Source of the DNA: Candidatus Staskawiczbacteria bacterium
GTDB taxonomy: Bacteria; Patescibacteriota; Minisyncoccia; Minisyncoccales; Staskawiczbacteraceae
Length of the DNA stretch: 64,000 nucleotides
Direction: 5' to 3'
NCBI GenBank assembly: GCA_903928565.1
Contig: CAIYRH010000018.1
Coordinates: 10,693-74,692, forward strand
The position numbers and the translations under genes were made by a program. The notes under the pieces were generated by a model. It did no database searches. It was not told the origin of the DNA and was given only the letters and a program-made list of their open reading frames with translations. How positions within the stretch are numbered: the stretch's first letter is position 1; each line of letters begins with the position of its first letter. Of this stretch, positions 27,935-37,938 are shown piece after piece.

Positions 27935-30900
27935 CTATTTATTAAGCTCATTAAGCTTATTTCTTGTATTTGACCCCACCATTCCATATTGAAGTGATTT
28001 TGCTGTAAGAATATTATATTTTAATTGAAAGGCCTTAACTGATTTTAATGTTGTTGGGCCAAAACTTTTAGTTGAGTTTATTGATTGCGAAAAGAGATTT
28101 AATTTCTTTAAAATATTTTGCAACAAAATAACTTCGCTGTCGTAGCTACCAAATCTTAAATCTTTAGTTAATAATTGAGGCGTAGTTGGATTTTGCCCTC
28201 TTTGAGCCAATATTTGCTGTATAAGAATTTGCAATTGAAGAATTTGTGCTTTTAGAGATTCTATGGTTGGGGTGTTGTTTGGTGGAATATTTATTGGAGA
28301 TACTGGGGGCGTGGTTACCGATATTGCTGAAAAGTTTGCTAAAATTGTATGGGATTGGGTAACATTACTGAATGTATAGGTTGATCGGGCTCCAACAGAA
28401 ATATTATCTACTAGTACATCTGCAATTTGGTATCCTGTATATGGGGTAATGGTGAAGGTATAGCTTCCTCCTCGCGCGATAGACTGGCTTTGTGGAGTAA
28501 TTGAACCATTAGGGGTTACGTAGACTGAAATTGGATAATATGTTAGCCCTCCGCCACCGGGTGCTCTGGTTACAGTAATTGTGTATGTATTTGTGCTTGA
28601 ATCTTGAGCAGTTACTACAACCGTGATTGTATTAGAACCCACGTTTAGTGGCAATGAATCAGATGGTAAGCCAGATGTAATAGCTATAGGAGTTGAATTA
28701 TTAATGGATATTGTCATAGTTGCACTTGCCTGATTTCGTGTTGGGGTAACTGTTAAATTATTTGTATTGTAATCAACACTTTCGGTATATGAAGTTGTTT
28801 CCGATGAAAACGTTGGAGATAACGTGCCCGCGCTAATGGCAAGATTACTTAGGGTGGCGTCGGCGCTTGCCGGTGTTACAGTTATTGTATATGTTGCTTG
28901 CGAAACACCATCCTGAGCTAAAACAACTAAGGTATCTCCAGTTAATATTGGATCATGTATACCGGTATCTGTCCATGTCTGATTAATTTGACCTTTAGTT
29001 AGATTAGATTCAAAAGTCGCCTTAGATGTATTGTATGGAACATTAATTATTGTTCCCGCATTGCCAACAAGCGAACTAACCGTATAAGTTGATGAACTAA
29101 CTGTATCATTGCTACTTAGAGAAAAATAAGATATATTGCTTGGATTAGACCACCCTGATTGACCATTTGTAAGGGTGAATGTCTTACTACCCGATGAAGC
29201 AGGGGTATATGTAAAAGTAAATGAATTCGCAGAAGCAGCGGGAGTAACCGTTACCGACGAAATACCAGATGAGCCAACTGACGGAGTAAATGTACCGCCA
29301 TCTCCGCCGTCTGAAATTGTTATCGTTTGGTCTCCAATAAATGGCGCACTATTTCCTAAAGTCACAGTAAATGCTGTGCTAGTTTGTGATGCCGATCCAC
29401 TTGAAGGCCCAGAAACAGTATAGCTTGGCTGAGCTAATATTGGAGCAATACGTTTTGCATATTTTACAAATCCACTGTCTGTAGGATGCACATCATTACT
29501 TACATCTGATAAGGTTAATAGAGTTGTTCCATCAACTAATGCCGCATAACTACTACGCGCATTACACACTGTAGCAATTTGTGATCTATAATCTGCCAAA
29601 GTATTTCCATTTGAATTAAGCGGACCAGTAATTTCAGAACCCCTAACAAGAGGAGTTTGACAAATAACACGCGCAGCTGGCAATGCAGAATGTAGACCAT
29701 CTAATAAATTACCGTAAGCCGTACCGAAACTATTTACATTCCAACTATCGCCCCAATCATTTGTGCCAATAGCAAGATATATTGTTGAGGGCGTGTATGA
29801 CACAAGCCGACTTACAAACGCATTCAATAATCCGACCGTATGAGCATCATCGTATAAAGCGCGGTACCCCCACCCCTCTAACATTACACTCTGGCCGTAA
29901 AGATTTCTTAGCAATGGAACATATGCTTGGCTTTCAGGATTAGTTGCATAAGCTCCGGCTGATATACTATCACCATATACAAGCACACGATTTGGTGTGT
30001 CGTTAGGTGGCAACACATTAAATGAAGCAGTAGCAGGATATGTGATACTATTAATAAATGAACCACTCACAGTATTCGTGCCCCCATCGCTCTGCATTCC
30101 CGTAATTATATCTACAGTACGCGTAGTACCCGCAGAACCAAGATTAACCGTAAAACTTTGAGATGCACTAGTAAACGATAAAGGCGACTGGTCTACTCCG
30201 TTTATTTGCACGCCCAAAGTTGCATAATAATTTGGATATAAAGTTGAATTACCGGTAACGGTAATACTTGCTGCGTTAGTTGTAAAAACAAATCGAGCAA
30301 ATGTTGATTGCTTGGGTGCGTTAACATTATCATACCCATTATCCCACAAATCTGCTTGCTGAACATTATATGTGATATCATTCGTCACTATCGTTAATAT
30401 ATTTGAGGTGGCGGTACTTGATGTGGCATCGGTGTAGACGACTTTATAATCATAACTTGTTGAAGGGCTTAGTCCCGTGTCTGTTACCGGGCTTGTAGTT
30501 GCGCCACTTACATTTGACCATGTGTTTGCACTGTGTGCACTGCGTTGCAATTGCGCTGTTATTGGGGCAGTACCACCAGATGCGACCGTCCATGACACAG
30601 TAGCAGAAGTAGATGTTTGAGATACCGAAGAAAGAACACCAGCCGACAAACTATTATCTGCAGTTACCGTTAATATATTTGAGGTGGCGGTACTTGATGC
30701 TGTATCGGTATAGACAACTTTGTAATCATAACTTGTTGAAGGGCTCAATCCCGTGTCTGTTGCCGGGCTTGTAGTTGCGCCACTTACATTTGACCACGTG
30801 TTTGCGCTGTGTGCACTTCGTTGCAATTGCGCTGTTATGGGGGCAGTACCGCCAGATCCGCTTGTCCAGGAAACGGTGGCAGAAGTAGATGTTTGAGATA

Positions 30901-31615
30901 CCGAAGAAAGAACACCAGCAACCAAAGGATTATTATCGGTCACTAAAAAATTATCAATATGCACTTGAGTTGTCGCTGTTGCTGGCTGATCAAAATACAT
31001 GCAAGGAACACCAATAGAACCAATAATGTTTCCTCCGGTTGCGGTTACATCTATTACAGAAGACGCATCCCAATATACTTTAATATTATTACCATTCATT
31101 ACCAATTTCATAGCATGAGTCTGACCCGCAGCAAGTCCGGATAAACTATAAGCTCCAATTTGAGTTCCAATAGTTGAATATAATTTAATCATCGGACCGG
31201 GTGACACAGTAGCAAAATAGCCAAGGGTACTCGCACCACAACGTCCGCCAATCCCAGTATTGCCACTCACCACGCCATCCGCTAAATATACATCAGCCGA
31301 AACCGTATAGTTATATGTGGGTGGCGAGAAAGAACTATCGTATATGTCCATACTACTTAAAAGATAAATCCTGCCGGCACTTGATATGGTTACGTCTCCC
31401 CAATAAATAGCATTATTCTTGACCCAAGTATTGCCATCAGCGGTATGATTTTGTAATAAAGTACCGGTAGTATCTGTAAATGTATCGTTAACATATGTTG
31501 TAGCGCTAGCTTCATGCACAGAGCTAAAAAATAAAAAACAAGCAAAAAATAAAATTGCAACAGCTTTATAATTAAGAAACATTTTCTTCCAAATTTTATT
31601 TTCCATTACTACCAT
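27935..31615 (-). CDS. Large secreted multidomain protein: two FN3 repeats, SGNH/GDSL hydrolase domain, cadherin-like beta-sandwich, C-terminal peptidoglycan-binding domain
   Basis: Signal peptide; GDSIS and DxxH SGNH motifs; repeated FN3 block; C-terminal PG_binding_1-like helices. Confidence 0.6.
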   Translation of the reverse strand: MVVMENKIWKKMFLNYKAVAILFFACFLFFSSVHEASATTYVNDTFTDTTGTLLQNHTADGNTWVKNNAIYWGDVTISSAGRIYLLSSMDIYDSSFSPPTYNYTVSADVYLADGVVSGNTGIGGRCGASTLGYFATVSPGPMIKLYSTIGTQIGAYSLSGLAAGQTHAMKLVMNGNNIKVYWDASSVIDVTATGGNIIGSIGVPCMYFDQPATATTQVHIDNFLVTDNNPLVAGVLSSVSQTSTSATVSWTSGSGGTAPITAQLQRSAHSANTWSNVSGATTSPATDTGLSPSTSYDYKVVYTDTASSTATSNILTVTADNSLSAGVLSSVSQTSTSATVSWTVASGGTAPITAQLQRSAHSANTWSNVSGATTSPVTDTGLSPSTSYDYKVVYTDATSSTATSNILTIVTNDITYNVQQADLWDNGYDNVNAPKQSTFARFVFTTNAASITVTGNSTLYPNYYATLGVQINGVDQSPLSFTSASQSFTVNLGSAGTTRTVDIITGMQSDGGTNTVSGSFINSITYPATASFNVLPPNDTPNRVLVYGDSISAGAYATNPESQAYVPLLRNLYGQSVMLEGWGYRALYDDAHTVGLLNAFVSRLVSYTPSTIYLAIGTNDWGDSWNVNSFGTAYGNLLDGLHSALPAARVICQTPLVRGSEITGPLNSNGNTLADYRSQIATVCNARSSYAALVDGTTLLTLSDVSNDVHPTDSGFVKYAKRIAPILAQPSYTVSGPSSGSASQTSTAFTVTLGNSAPFIGDQTITISDGGDGGTFTPSVGSSGISSVTVTPAASANSFTFTYTPASSGSKTFTLTNGQSGWSNPSNISYFSLSSNDTVSSSTYTVSSLVGNAGTIINVPYNTSKATFESNLTKGQINQTWTDTGIHDPILTGDTLVVLAQDGVSQATYTITVTPASADATLSNLAISAGTLSPTFSSETTSYTESVDYNTNNLTVTPTRNQASATMTISINNSTPIAITSGLPSDSLPLNVGSNTITVVVTAQDSSTNTYTITVTRAPGGGGLTYYPISVYVTPNGSITPQSQSIARGGSYTFTITPYTGYQIADVLVDNISVGARSTYTFSNVTQSHTILANFSAISVTTPPVSPINIPPNNTPTIESLKAQILQLQILIQQILAQRGQNPTTPQLLTKDLRFGSYDSEVILLQNILKKLNLFSQSINSTKSFGPTTLKSVKAFQLKYNILTAKSLQYGMVGSNTRNKLNELNK
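30402..30933. repeat. Two near-identical 266-267-bp tandem DNA repeats (FN3 domain duplication)
   Basis: cgttaatatatttgaggtggcggtacttgatg recurs at 30402 and 30668. Confidence 0.7.
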
Positions 31616-31648
31616 TACTATATTATTGAAATATTATTTTATTATACC

Positions 31649-31676
31649 AAAAAGCCACCTCGATTACAAGGTGGCT
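31649..31676 (-). terminator. Rho-independent terminator downstream of SOD gene
   Basis: AGCCACCT...AGGTGGCT 8-bp stem followed by T-run on minus strand. Confidence 0.6.
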
Positions 31677-31684
31677 GAAACAAA

Positions 31685-32293
31685 CTATTCGCTAAATGTT
31701 TTTTCGGCTTCTTGCCAGTTAACAACATTCCACCAAGCTTTTAGATAATCTGCGCGGACATTTTTATATTGCAAATAATATGCATGCTCCCAAACATCGT
31801 TGCCAATAATTGGTTTTTTACCTTCGCTTATTGGGTTGTCTTGGTTTGCGGTTGAAACAATTTCAAGCTTGCCTAATTCATTTTTAACCAACCACACCCA
31901 ACCCGAACCAAAACGTTTTAAGCCTTCGTCGTTAAACTTTTGCTGAAAATCTGCAAAGCTTCCAAAATTGTCATTTATTACTTTTGCCAAATCACCTGAG
32001 GGCTCGCCGCCTGATTTAGGCGCCATACTTTCCCAAAACATTGAATGGTTTACGTGCCCACCGGCATTATTTCTAACAGCAGTTCTTATGTCTTCGGGTA
32101 ATTTGTCTAACATTACCAAAAGTTGCTCTGCGGTTTTTTCAAAAAATTCCGGATGTTTTTCTATAGCAACGTTTAAATTGCTAACATATGTTGCGTGGTG
32201 CTTATCATGATGCAATTTCATTATTTCTTCTGAAATATACGGCTCTAAAGCATTATATGCATAGGGTAATTCCGGTAATGTATATTTTTCCAT
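31685..32293 (-). CDS. sod: Fe/Mn superoxide dismutase
   Basis: [18 protein letters not shown] motifs; 202 aa. Confidence 0.9.
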   Translation of the reverse strand: MEKYTLPELPYAYNALEPYISEEIMKLHHDKHHATYVSNLNVAIEKHPEFFEKTAEQLLVMLDKLPEDIRTAVRNNAGGHVNHSMFWESMAPKSGGEPSGDLAKVINDNFGSFADFQQKFNDEGLKRFGSGWVWLVKNELGKLEIVSTANQDNPISEGKKPIIGNDVWEHAYYLQYKNVRADYLKAWWNVVNWQEAEKTFSE

Positions 32294-32305
32294 AAATTTG
32301 TTTAT

Positions 32306-32476
32306 TTAGCCTTCGTCTACTCTTGAACAAACTGGGCAATATGCTAATAAATGTTGAGCCATTTTTTCTTTTTTCTCTTCGCTGATTCTTGAATTGCTTA
32401 GCCAAATTTCGAATTGAGCAGCACAAATGCTGCACTGCCTACTTTCTTCTTTTATTTTTTGTGTAGCGTATTTCAT
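32306..32476 (-). CDS. Possible small (56 aa) CxxC...CxxC zinc-finger protein MKYATQKIKEESRQCSICAAQ...YCPVCSRVDEG (alternative to the overlapping track ORF 32253-32435)
   Basis: ATG 32474-32476, stop 32306-32308, two CxxC pairs. Confidence 0.3.
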   Translation of the reverse strand: MKYATQKIKEESRQCSICAAQFEIWLSNSRISEEKKEKMAQHLLAYCPVCSRVDEG

Positions 32477-32517
32477 ATTATTTTTATTAATAATTAAGCT
32501 TCACAAATTACTACGAG

Positions 32518-32817
32518 CTAACAACAGTCTTTAGATGCAATAAACTCTTTTCTCTCTGCAAATTCCTGTTTTTTACCTTTATGCCATTGCTGAACTGGCC
32601 TTATATAGCCAACAACTCTTGAGTAAACCTCGCAAGGCTGGTAATTGGTAAGCGCCGGGCTTTTTGCATAGCAATCATCGCACTTTAAAATATTTATTTT
32701 TTCGCCAGCATTATCGTATACCAAACAAACTCCACCTTGAATTTCTTCGTTGCTTACTGACATTTCTTTGCCACAATCGTGGCAAGCACTATCGTTTACA
32801 TTTTTTACAGATTCCAT
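32518..32817 (-). CDS. Stand-alone NrdD C-terminal-domain-like protein (zinc ribbon plus glycyl-radical-type motif)
   Basis: CHDCG...CDDC zinc ribbon followed by SRVVGYIRPVQQWHKGKKQEFAERK, which resembles the anaerobic RNR RVxGY...NxGKxxExxxR glycyl-radical loop. Confidence 0.45.
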   Translation of the reverse strand: MESVKNVNDSACHDCGKEMSVSNEEIQGGVCLVYDNAGEKINILKCDDCYAKSPALTNYQPCEVYSRVVGYIRPVQQWHKGKKQEFAERKEFIASKDCC

Positions 32818-33180
32818 AAAAATTTATTTTATAACTATTAATTGCACCGACCTTTGTTCTTTTATTCTTTAAAATGCCACATTTTGAGCATTCATCTATA
32901 ACATCAAAAACATTTCCACAATTTTCGCAAATAAAATGGGCGTGATCGGAAATGTCGGCGTCAAAGTGCACGGTGTCTTTGGTGTCTATAGAAATAATGT
33001 CCCCTTTTCTTTTAAAATTATTTAAAACTCGGTAAACTGTGCCTTGGCTTATGTTGGGCAATTTCTTTTTTACCTCTTTGTAAATTATTTCTGCCGAAGG
33101 ATGTGATTTAACGCTTTTTAAGTAACCCAAAATAAAACTCTTTTGAGCCGTCATGCGTTCTTTTTTTTGCAAAGTTTTCA
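32789..33180 (-). CDS. Fur-family metalloregulator (Fur/PerR/Zur-like)
   Basis: wHTH ISQGTVYRVL, metal site HAHFICENCGNVFD...CSKCG; start taken at MKTLQKK (approximate to 1-2 nt) because the conserved promoter motif occupies 33208-33252. Confidence 0.7.
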
Positions 33181-33207
33181 TAATTTTATTACGAATACTA
33201 TTAATAT

Positions 33208-33252
33208 TTATTACTAATTGTATTTTATTACTAACAAGAACCCTTGTCAACT
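33208..33252 (-). promoter_or_regulatory. Conserved promoter/operator module (TTGACA + direct repeats TTATTACTA) upstream of the Fur-family gene
   Basis: ~45 bp near-identical to 35164-35209, at identical distance (~65 nt) from the start codon. Confidence 0.5.
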
Positions 33253-33263
33253 CGGTGAATTAT

Positions 33264-33824
33264 TCACAACCTAATGTATGTTGGGTTGTTGTCTTTGTAA
33301 GTATCTAAAATTATTTTTCTAACTTCTGCGGTATCTTTGGGGTAAAAACGTTTTATGTTGGGCAAATTTTTAAGCAAATCTTCTTCGTTTTCTTTGCCTA
33401 ATAGGTTGTGCGACATTCCCTGAAACCTGTAGTGGACCGCCCCAACTGCGCCAATCATTTTAACATCTGCATTATTATAGCAAACGTCGTTTCTAAGCTG
33501 TTCGTAATTGCGCATAATAATAAACGGCACCATGGAATACACATATGGTTTCCAACCGCTTTTAGCTAAACCGGCGGCAATGCCCATAAAAGATTGCTCT
33601 GTAACGCCGGCATTAATGTATTGCTTGGGATATTTTTCTTGAAAAACCTGCATATAAGAAAAACCAACATCACCCACAATTAAGATAATTTTTTTGTCTT
33701 TTTTAACCAACTCTTCAAGCGTTTCCATAAATACGCCACGGGAACTTCGGGCAACTTTTTCTTTGAAGACTTCGTTGGGCAAACCGTTGGTAAAACCAGG
33801 AATAGAAGATAATTTATTTTCCAT
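33264..33824 (-). CDS. Transketolase, C-terminal (pyrimidine-binding) subunit of split enzyme
   Basis: Pyr domain motifs; adjacent and overlapping N-terminal subunit. Confidence 0.7.
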   Translation of the reverse strand: MENKLSSIPGFTNGLPNEVFKEKVARSSRGVFMETLEELVKKDKKIILIVGDVGFSYMQVFQEKYPKQYINAGVTEQSFMGIAAGLAKSGWKPYVYSMVPFIIMRNYEQLRNDVCYNNADVKMIGAVGAVHYRFQGMSHNLLGKENEEDLLKNLPNIKRFYPKDTAEVRKIILDTYKDNNPTYIRL

Positions 33825-34620
33825 TGTTGTTTAATTCGCTTAATGCTTTTATATAATTTTCTTTATCTATGTTTTTATAATGCCATTCCAATTTTCTTTC
33901 AAAAAAAGATACGCCTTTGCCCTTGGTTGTGCGAGCAATAATTACTAGTGGGCGTTTTCTGGTGCTTTTGAAACTCTCGGTTATGGCTTTATTTATTTGC
34001 ACATAATTATGGCCATCAATTTCGGCAACATCCCAATTAAAAGCTTTCCATTTATCTGCCAAAGGTTCCATGCTTAAAACTTCTTTGGTGGTGCCCATGG
34101 CTTGAAAATCGTTGCAATCTACAATAACGGTTAAATTATTTAGCTTATGCTGAGGAGCCAACGCTGCACATTCCCAAGTGGTTCCGCAATCTAACTCGCC
34201 GTCTGACATTAAAACAAACGTTTTCCATTTTTCTCCGGATAATTTTGCGCCCAATGCCATGCCAACCGCCATTGGCAAACCGTGCCCCATTGCTCCGCCG
34301 GCAACTTCAACGCCCCTGACATCGGGTTCGGCAAGTCCTATATATTTAGAACCGGGCTGGCAATAAGTTTTTAAATCATCTTTAGGAATTACTCCTTTTT
34401 CTGATAAAAAGTAATACAATGCTGCCGCCGCCCAACCCTTAGAAAGTATAAAACGGTCTCTGTCATCTTTTAAATCTTTATCTAAATTCAGTTTAGAAAA
34501 CAAAACCGCCAAAACATCCATGCAAGAAAAATTAGACCCAATGTGAGATGTGCCCGCCAAATGCACCATTTCTAGAACTTTTTTGCGGGCGTTATTTGCT
34601 ATTTCTTTATAATCTTCCAT
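33814..34620 (-). CDS. Transketolase, N-terminal (TPP-binding) subunit
   Basis: GHIGSNFS, GDGELDCG TPP-binding motifs. Confidence 0.8.
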   Translation of the reverse strand: MEDYKEIANNARKKVLEMVHLAGTSHIGSNFSCMDVLAVLFSKLNLDKDLKDDRDRFILSKGWAAAALYYFLSEKGVIPKDDLKTYCQPGSKYIGLAEPDVRGVEVAGGAMGHGLPMAVGMALGAKLSGEKWKTFVLMSDGELDCGTTWECAALAPQHKLNNLTVIVDCNDFQAMGTTKEVLSMEPLADKWKAFNWDVAEIDGHNYVQINKAITESFKSTRKRPLVIIARTTKGKGVSFFERKLEWHYKNIDKENYIKALSELNNNGK

Positions 34621-34631
34621 ATATTAAATTT

Positions 34632-35138
34632 CTATTGAACTATTAACACACCAATTTGCCCCATCATGCGGTGAAAACCCTTACCAACGGCACAATAATA
34701 TTCAAACGTTCCTTTTTTATCTGCGGTGAATTCAATTGTGTCGGTTTCGCCTCCCTGAATAGTTTTAGTAGCAATTCCTCCAAAATCTGTGAAAGTTAAG
34801 TTGTGCGTTCCGCCAACGTTAGTAAAGTTAATTACTACTTTGTCACCTTGTTTTACTGTTATTTCATTTGGAGTAAAGTAAAAGCTTCCTCCGGCAACAT
34901 CGAATGTTAGGGTGGTTGGCTGGTGATCGGCGGCGCCCAATTTTAACTCTGCCTTTTGTGCATCTGTTAATGTGGCGGGAACGTGTGGTTGCATGAAGTC
35001 TTCCTTCATTGAAGCTGTTTGCGATGCGTTGTCATTAACTGCAACAGCCGGCCTTTGCATGTTGCCAACTAAAAGATAAACTACCGTTATTGCTAAAACA
35101 ACAATAACGCCCAACGATACTTTTATACTTGTATTCAT
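34632..35138 (-). CDS. Secreted cupredoxin (type-1 blue copper protein-like)
   Basis: Signal/TM; ligand pattern H (GGTHN), C, H, M in YYCAVGKGFHRMMG. Confidence 0.55.
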   Translation of the reverse strand: MNTSIKVSLGVIVVLAITVVYLLVGNMQRPAVAVNDNASQTASMKEDFMQPHVPATLTDAQKAELKLGAADHQPTTLTFDVAGGSFYFTPNEITVKQGDKVVINFTNVGGTHNLTFTDFGGIATKTIQGGETDTIEFTADKKGTFEYYCAVGKGFHRMMGQIGVLIVQ

Positions 35139-35163
35139 ATTTTTATGTATTTTGTTATTAATA

Positions 35164-35209
35164 ATTATTACTAATTAGATTTTATTACTATTATTAACCC
35201 TTGTCAACT
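35164..35209 (-). promoter_or_regulatory. Conserved promoter/operator module upstream of cupredoxin gene (twin of 33208-33252)
   Basis: TTGACA-N17-TAAAAT on minus strand followed by TTATTACTA direct repeats. Confidence 0.5.
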
Positions 35210-35310
35210 ACCTCCTTTCCAGAAAAGTTATCCACAGTTGACGACCCTTCTTAATAATCATAAAATTAAATAATCTTAACGATAATAATTATTAATAAAT
35301 AATCAATACT

Positions 35311-37821
35311 ATGGAAATTTATGTGACGAAGAGAGATGGCACCAAGGAGCTTTTTGATGCCAATAGAATAAACAAATCTATTGAAAGAGCTTGCCTTGGA
35401 CTAGAAAACCCAATTAGCAAAGTTGTGCAAATTGCTTCGGAAACCCAGTTAATGCTTTATGACGGCATTACAACCGAGGAATTGGATTTTGCTACAATAA
35501 ACGCTGCTTTGCAAAACATTCAAGAAGACACTTCTTATGACAAGGTGGCCACTCGCCTATTGCTAAAAACTGTATATAAACGAATTTTTGGCGATTATAA
35601 TGCCGACGAAACTGTTTTAGAGGGAAAATACAAAAAATATTTTTCACAGCACATTAAAAACGGAGTTAAGTCAGAAATTTTAGACAAAAGAATGACAGAT
35701 TGTTTTAATTTGGAAGAATTAGCTGGCGCGTTAGATATCAAAAAAGACGAACTTTTTAAGTATGCGGGAATTTCAACTTTGTTTGACCGCTATTCAATGA
35801 AAGATACGGACCAAAAACCAATTGAAACTCCTCAATATTTTTTTATGCGAGTTGCTATGGGTTTGTCTTATAACGAAAAAAATCCCACAGAACAGGCAAT
35901 TAAGTTTTACAACAAAATGTCTAACTTAGAATATGTTGCCGGAGGTTCTACAAATATTGGAGCAGGAACTACAAGACCGGCCTTATCAAATTGTTTTTTG
36001 CTGGAAATTCAAGACGACATTGAGAATATTGCCAAATCTGTGTCTGACGTTATGAAAATTTCTAAAGCAACCGGAGGTATTGGAGCTTCAATTACAAAAT
36101 TAAGAGCCAGCGGATCACCACTTTCTTCAAATAATACAACTTCATCTGGCCCAACACCGTTTGCAAAAATTATTGATACAGCTATTAGGGCAATTCAAAG
36201 GGGCGGGAAGAAAAAAGGAGCATTGTGTTTTTACATGGAAAATTGGCACATTGATTTTCCGGACTTTTTAATGTGGAGACATAATGCCGGTGACGACTAT
36301 TTAAGAATGAGAACTGCCGATACCGCTGTTTTCATTTCTGATGAATTTATGCAAAGAGTAAAAGATAAAGAAAGCTGGTATATGTTTGACCCTAAGGAAA
36401 CGCCGGATTTAAACGAGTTGTATGGGCAGAAATTTTCTAAACGCTATAAAGAGTACATTGCAGACGCCGAAGCCGGAAAACTGAGAACTTTTACGAAAGT
36501 TCCCGCAGAAGAACAATACCGGCAAATTTTGGTTATGTTGCAAGCTACCTCTCACCCGTGGCTAACATGGAAAGACCCAATTAATTTGCGAGCGTTAAAT
36601 AATAATACGGGCACAATTCACATGTCTAACCTTTGCACAGAAATTTGCTTGCCCCAAGACAAAGACAACATTGCCGTTTGCAATTTGGCCTCTATTAATA
36701 TTGCAGCGCACATTAACAACAAAGAAATTAAATGGAAACAGCTTGAGGAAACTACAAGGTTGGCTGTAAGACAGCTAGACAACTTAATAGACATTAATTT
36801 ATTGCCCATTCCCGAGGCAATAAAATCGGACAAAGAAAACCGAGCCATTGGTTTGGGAGTTATGGGTTTTTCTGAAGCTGTAGAATTGCTGAGATTAGGT
36901 TATGAAGATGAAAAAACTTTTGAAATGGCTGACAAAATTTTTGAGTTTATAAGTTATGTTGCAATTGATGAAAGCGCAAATTTGGCAAAAGAGCGCGGAA
37001 GCTATAAAAATTTCGAAGGGTCTGGGTGGGCAAAAGGCCTGGTGCCATTTGATACTATTGAAAATGTAGAAAATTCTAGAGGAGAAAAATTAGATTTAGA
37101 CAAAACAAGCCACGCAAAAGAACTTAATATTGATTGGACCAGTTTAAGAAAAAAAGTTAAGAAAGGAATGAGGAATGCTACGTTAATGGCGGTCGCCCCA
37201 AATGCAAACATTGGCTTGTTGGCGGGCACCACACCTGGGATTGACCCAAGATTTGCACAAGTATTTTCTAGAAATAAAATATCTGGAAAATATTTAGACA
37301 TAAACCACAACCTAGTTAACGACTTAAAAGAAATTAACATTTGGGAGGAAGTAAAAAACGAAATAATTGAAAAACAGGGCGACATTTTAAGCATTGAAAA
37401 AATTCCGCAAGAATTGAAAATAAGATATAAGTCGGCATTTACTACTTCGCCGTATGCGTTTATTGAAATTGCCGCACGCGCGCAAAAATGGGTTGACCAG
37501 GCTTTGTCACGAAATATGTATTTAGAAACAAGAATTACAGAAGAATTAATGGATATTTATAACATGGCTTGGCGCAAAGGTTTGAAAACAACCTATTATT
37601 TGCACATGAAACCACGCCACACTGCCGAACAAAGCACCGTGACCATAAATAAACGAGAAAAAATGGGCAGAGTTGGTTTTTCCGCCTTTGCTAAAGTTTC
37701 GACGGACAAGGGTGCAGTTGGCACCGAAGAAACAGAGCAAAGCTCGGCAGAATATGAAGCAATAATGGCAAAAATAAACGAAGACCCGCAAGGGAATTTT
37801 GTTTGTGACTCTTGCCAGTAA
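35311..37821 (+). CDS. nrdA: Ribonucleoside-diphosphate reductase class Ia alpha subunit with ATP-cone
   Basis: N-terminal ATP-cone, NLCTEI active site, C-terminal CDSCQ. Confidence 0.9.
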   Translation: MEIYVTKRDGTKELFDANRINKSIERACLGLENPISKVVQIASETQLMLYDGITTEELDFATINAALQNIQEDTSYDKVATRLLLKTVYKRIFGDYNADETVLEGKYKKYFSQHIKNGVKSEILDKRMTDCFNLEELAGALDIKKDELFKYAGISTLFDRYSMKDTDQKPIETPQYFFMRVAMGLSYNEKNPTEQAIKFYNKMSNLEYVAGGSTNIGAGTTRPALSNCFLLEIQDDIENIAKSVSDVMKISKATGGIGASITKLRASGSPLSSNNTTSSGPTPFAKIIDTAIRAIQRGGKKKGALCFYMENWHIDFPDFLMWRHNAGDDYLRMRTADTAVFISDEFMQRVKDKESWYMFDPKETPDLNELYGQKFSKRYKEYIADAEAGKLRTFTKVPAEEQYRQILVMLQATSHPWLTWKDPINLRALNNNTGTIHMSNLCTEICLPQDKDNIAVCNLASINIAAHINNKEIKWKQLEETTRLAVRQLDNLIDINLLPIPEAIKSDKENRAIGLGVMGFSEAVELLRLGYEDEKTFEMADKIFEFISYVAIDESANLAKERGSYKNFEGSGWAKGLVPFDTIENVENSRGEKLDLDKTSHAKELNIDWTSLRKKVKKGMRNATLMAVAPNANIGLLAGTTPGIDPRFAQVFSRNKISGKYLDINHNLVNDLKEINIWEEVKNEIIEKQGDILSIEKIPQELKIRYKSAFTTSPYAFIEIAARAQKWVDQALSRNMYLETRITEELMDIYNMAWRKGLKTTYYLHMKPRHTAEQSTVTINKREKMGRVGFSAFAKVSTDKGAVGTEETEQSSAEYEAIMAKINEDPQGNFVCDSCQ

Positions 37822-37834
37822 GTTAAATAAAATC

Positions 37835-37928
37835 CGAAGCACGAAATCCGAAATCCGAAACAAATCATAATTTTCAAATACTAAAAATTCAAAACAAGTT
37901 TCGAATTTCGAAATTCGAATTTCGAGTT
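37835..37928. repeat. Intergenic heptamer repeats (CGAAATC)n and (TTCGAAT)n in inverted arrangement between nrdA and nrdB
   Basis: aatccgaaatccgaaac ... gtttcgaatttcgaaattcgaatttcgag. Confidence 0.6.
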
Positions 37929-37938
37929 TCAAATCAAT

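Noticed and set aside
32253-32435. Track ORF overlapping the sod start
   Set aside because: It overlaps the sod initiation region out of frame and lacks motifs; an alternative 56-aa CxxC...CxxC ORF at 32306-32476 fits the spacing better, though that too is low confidence
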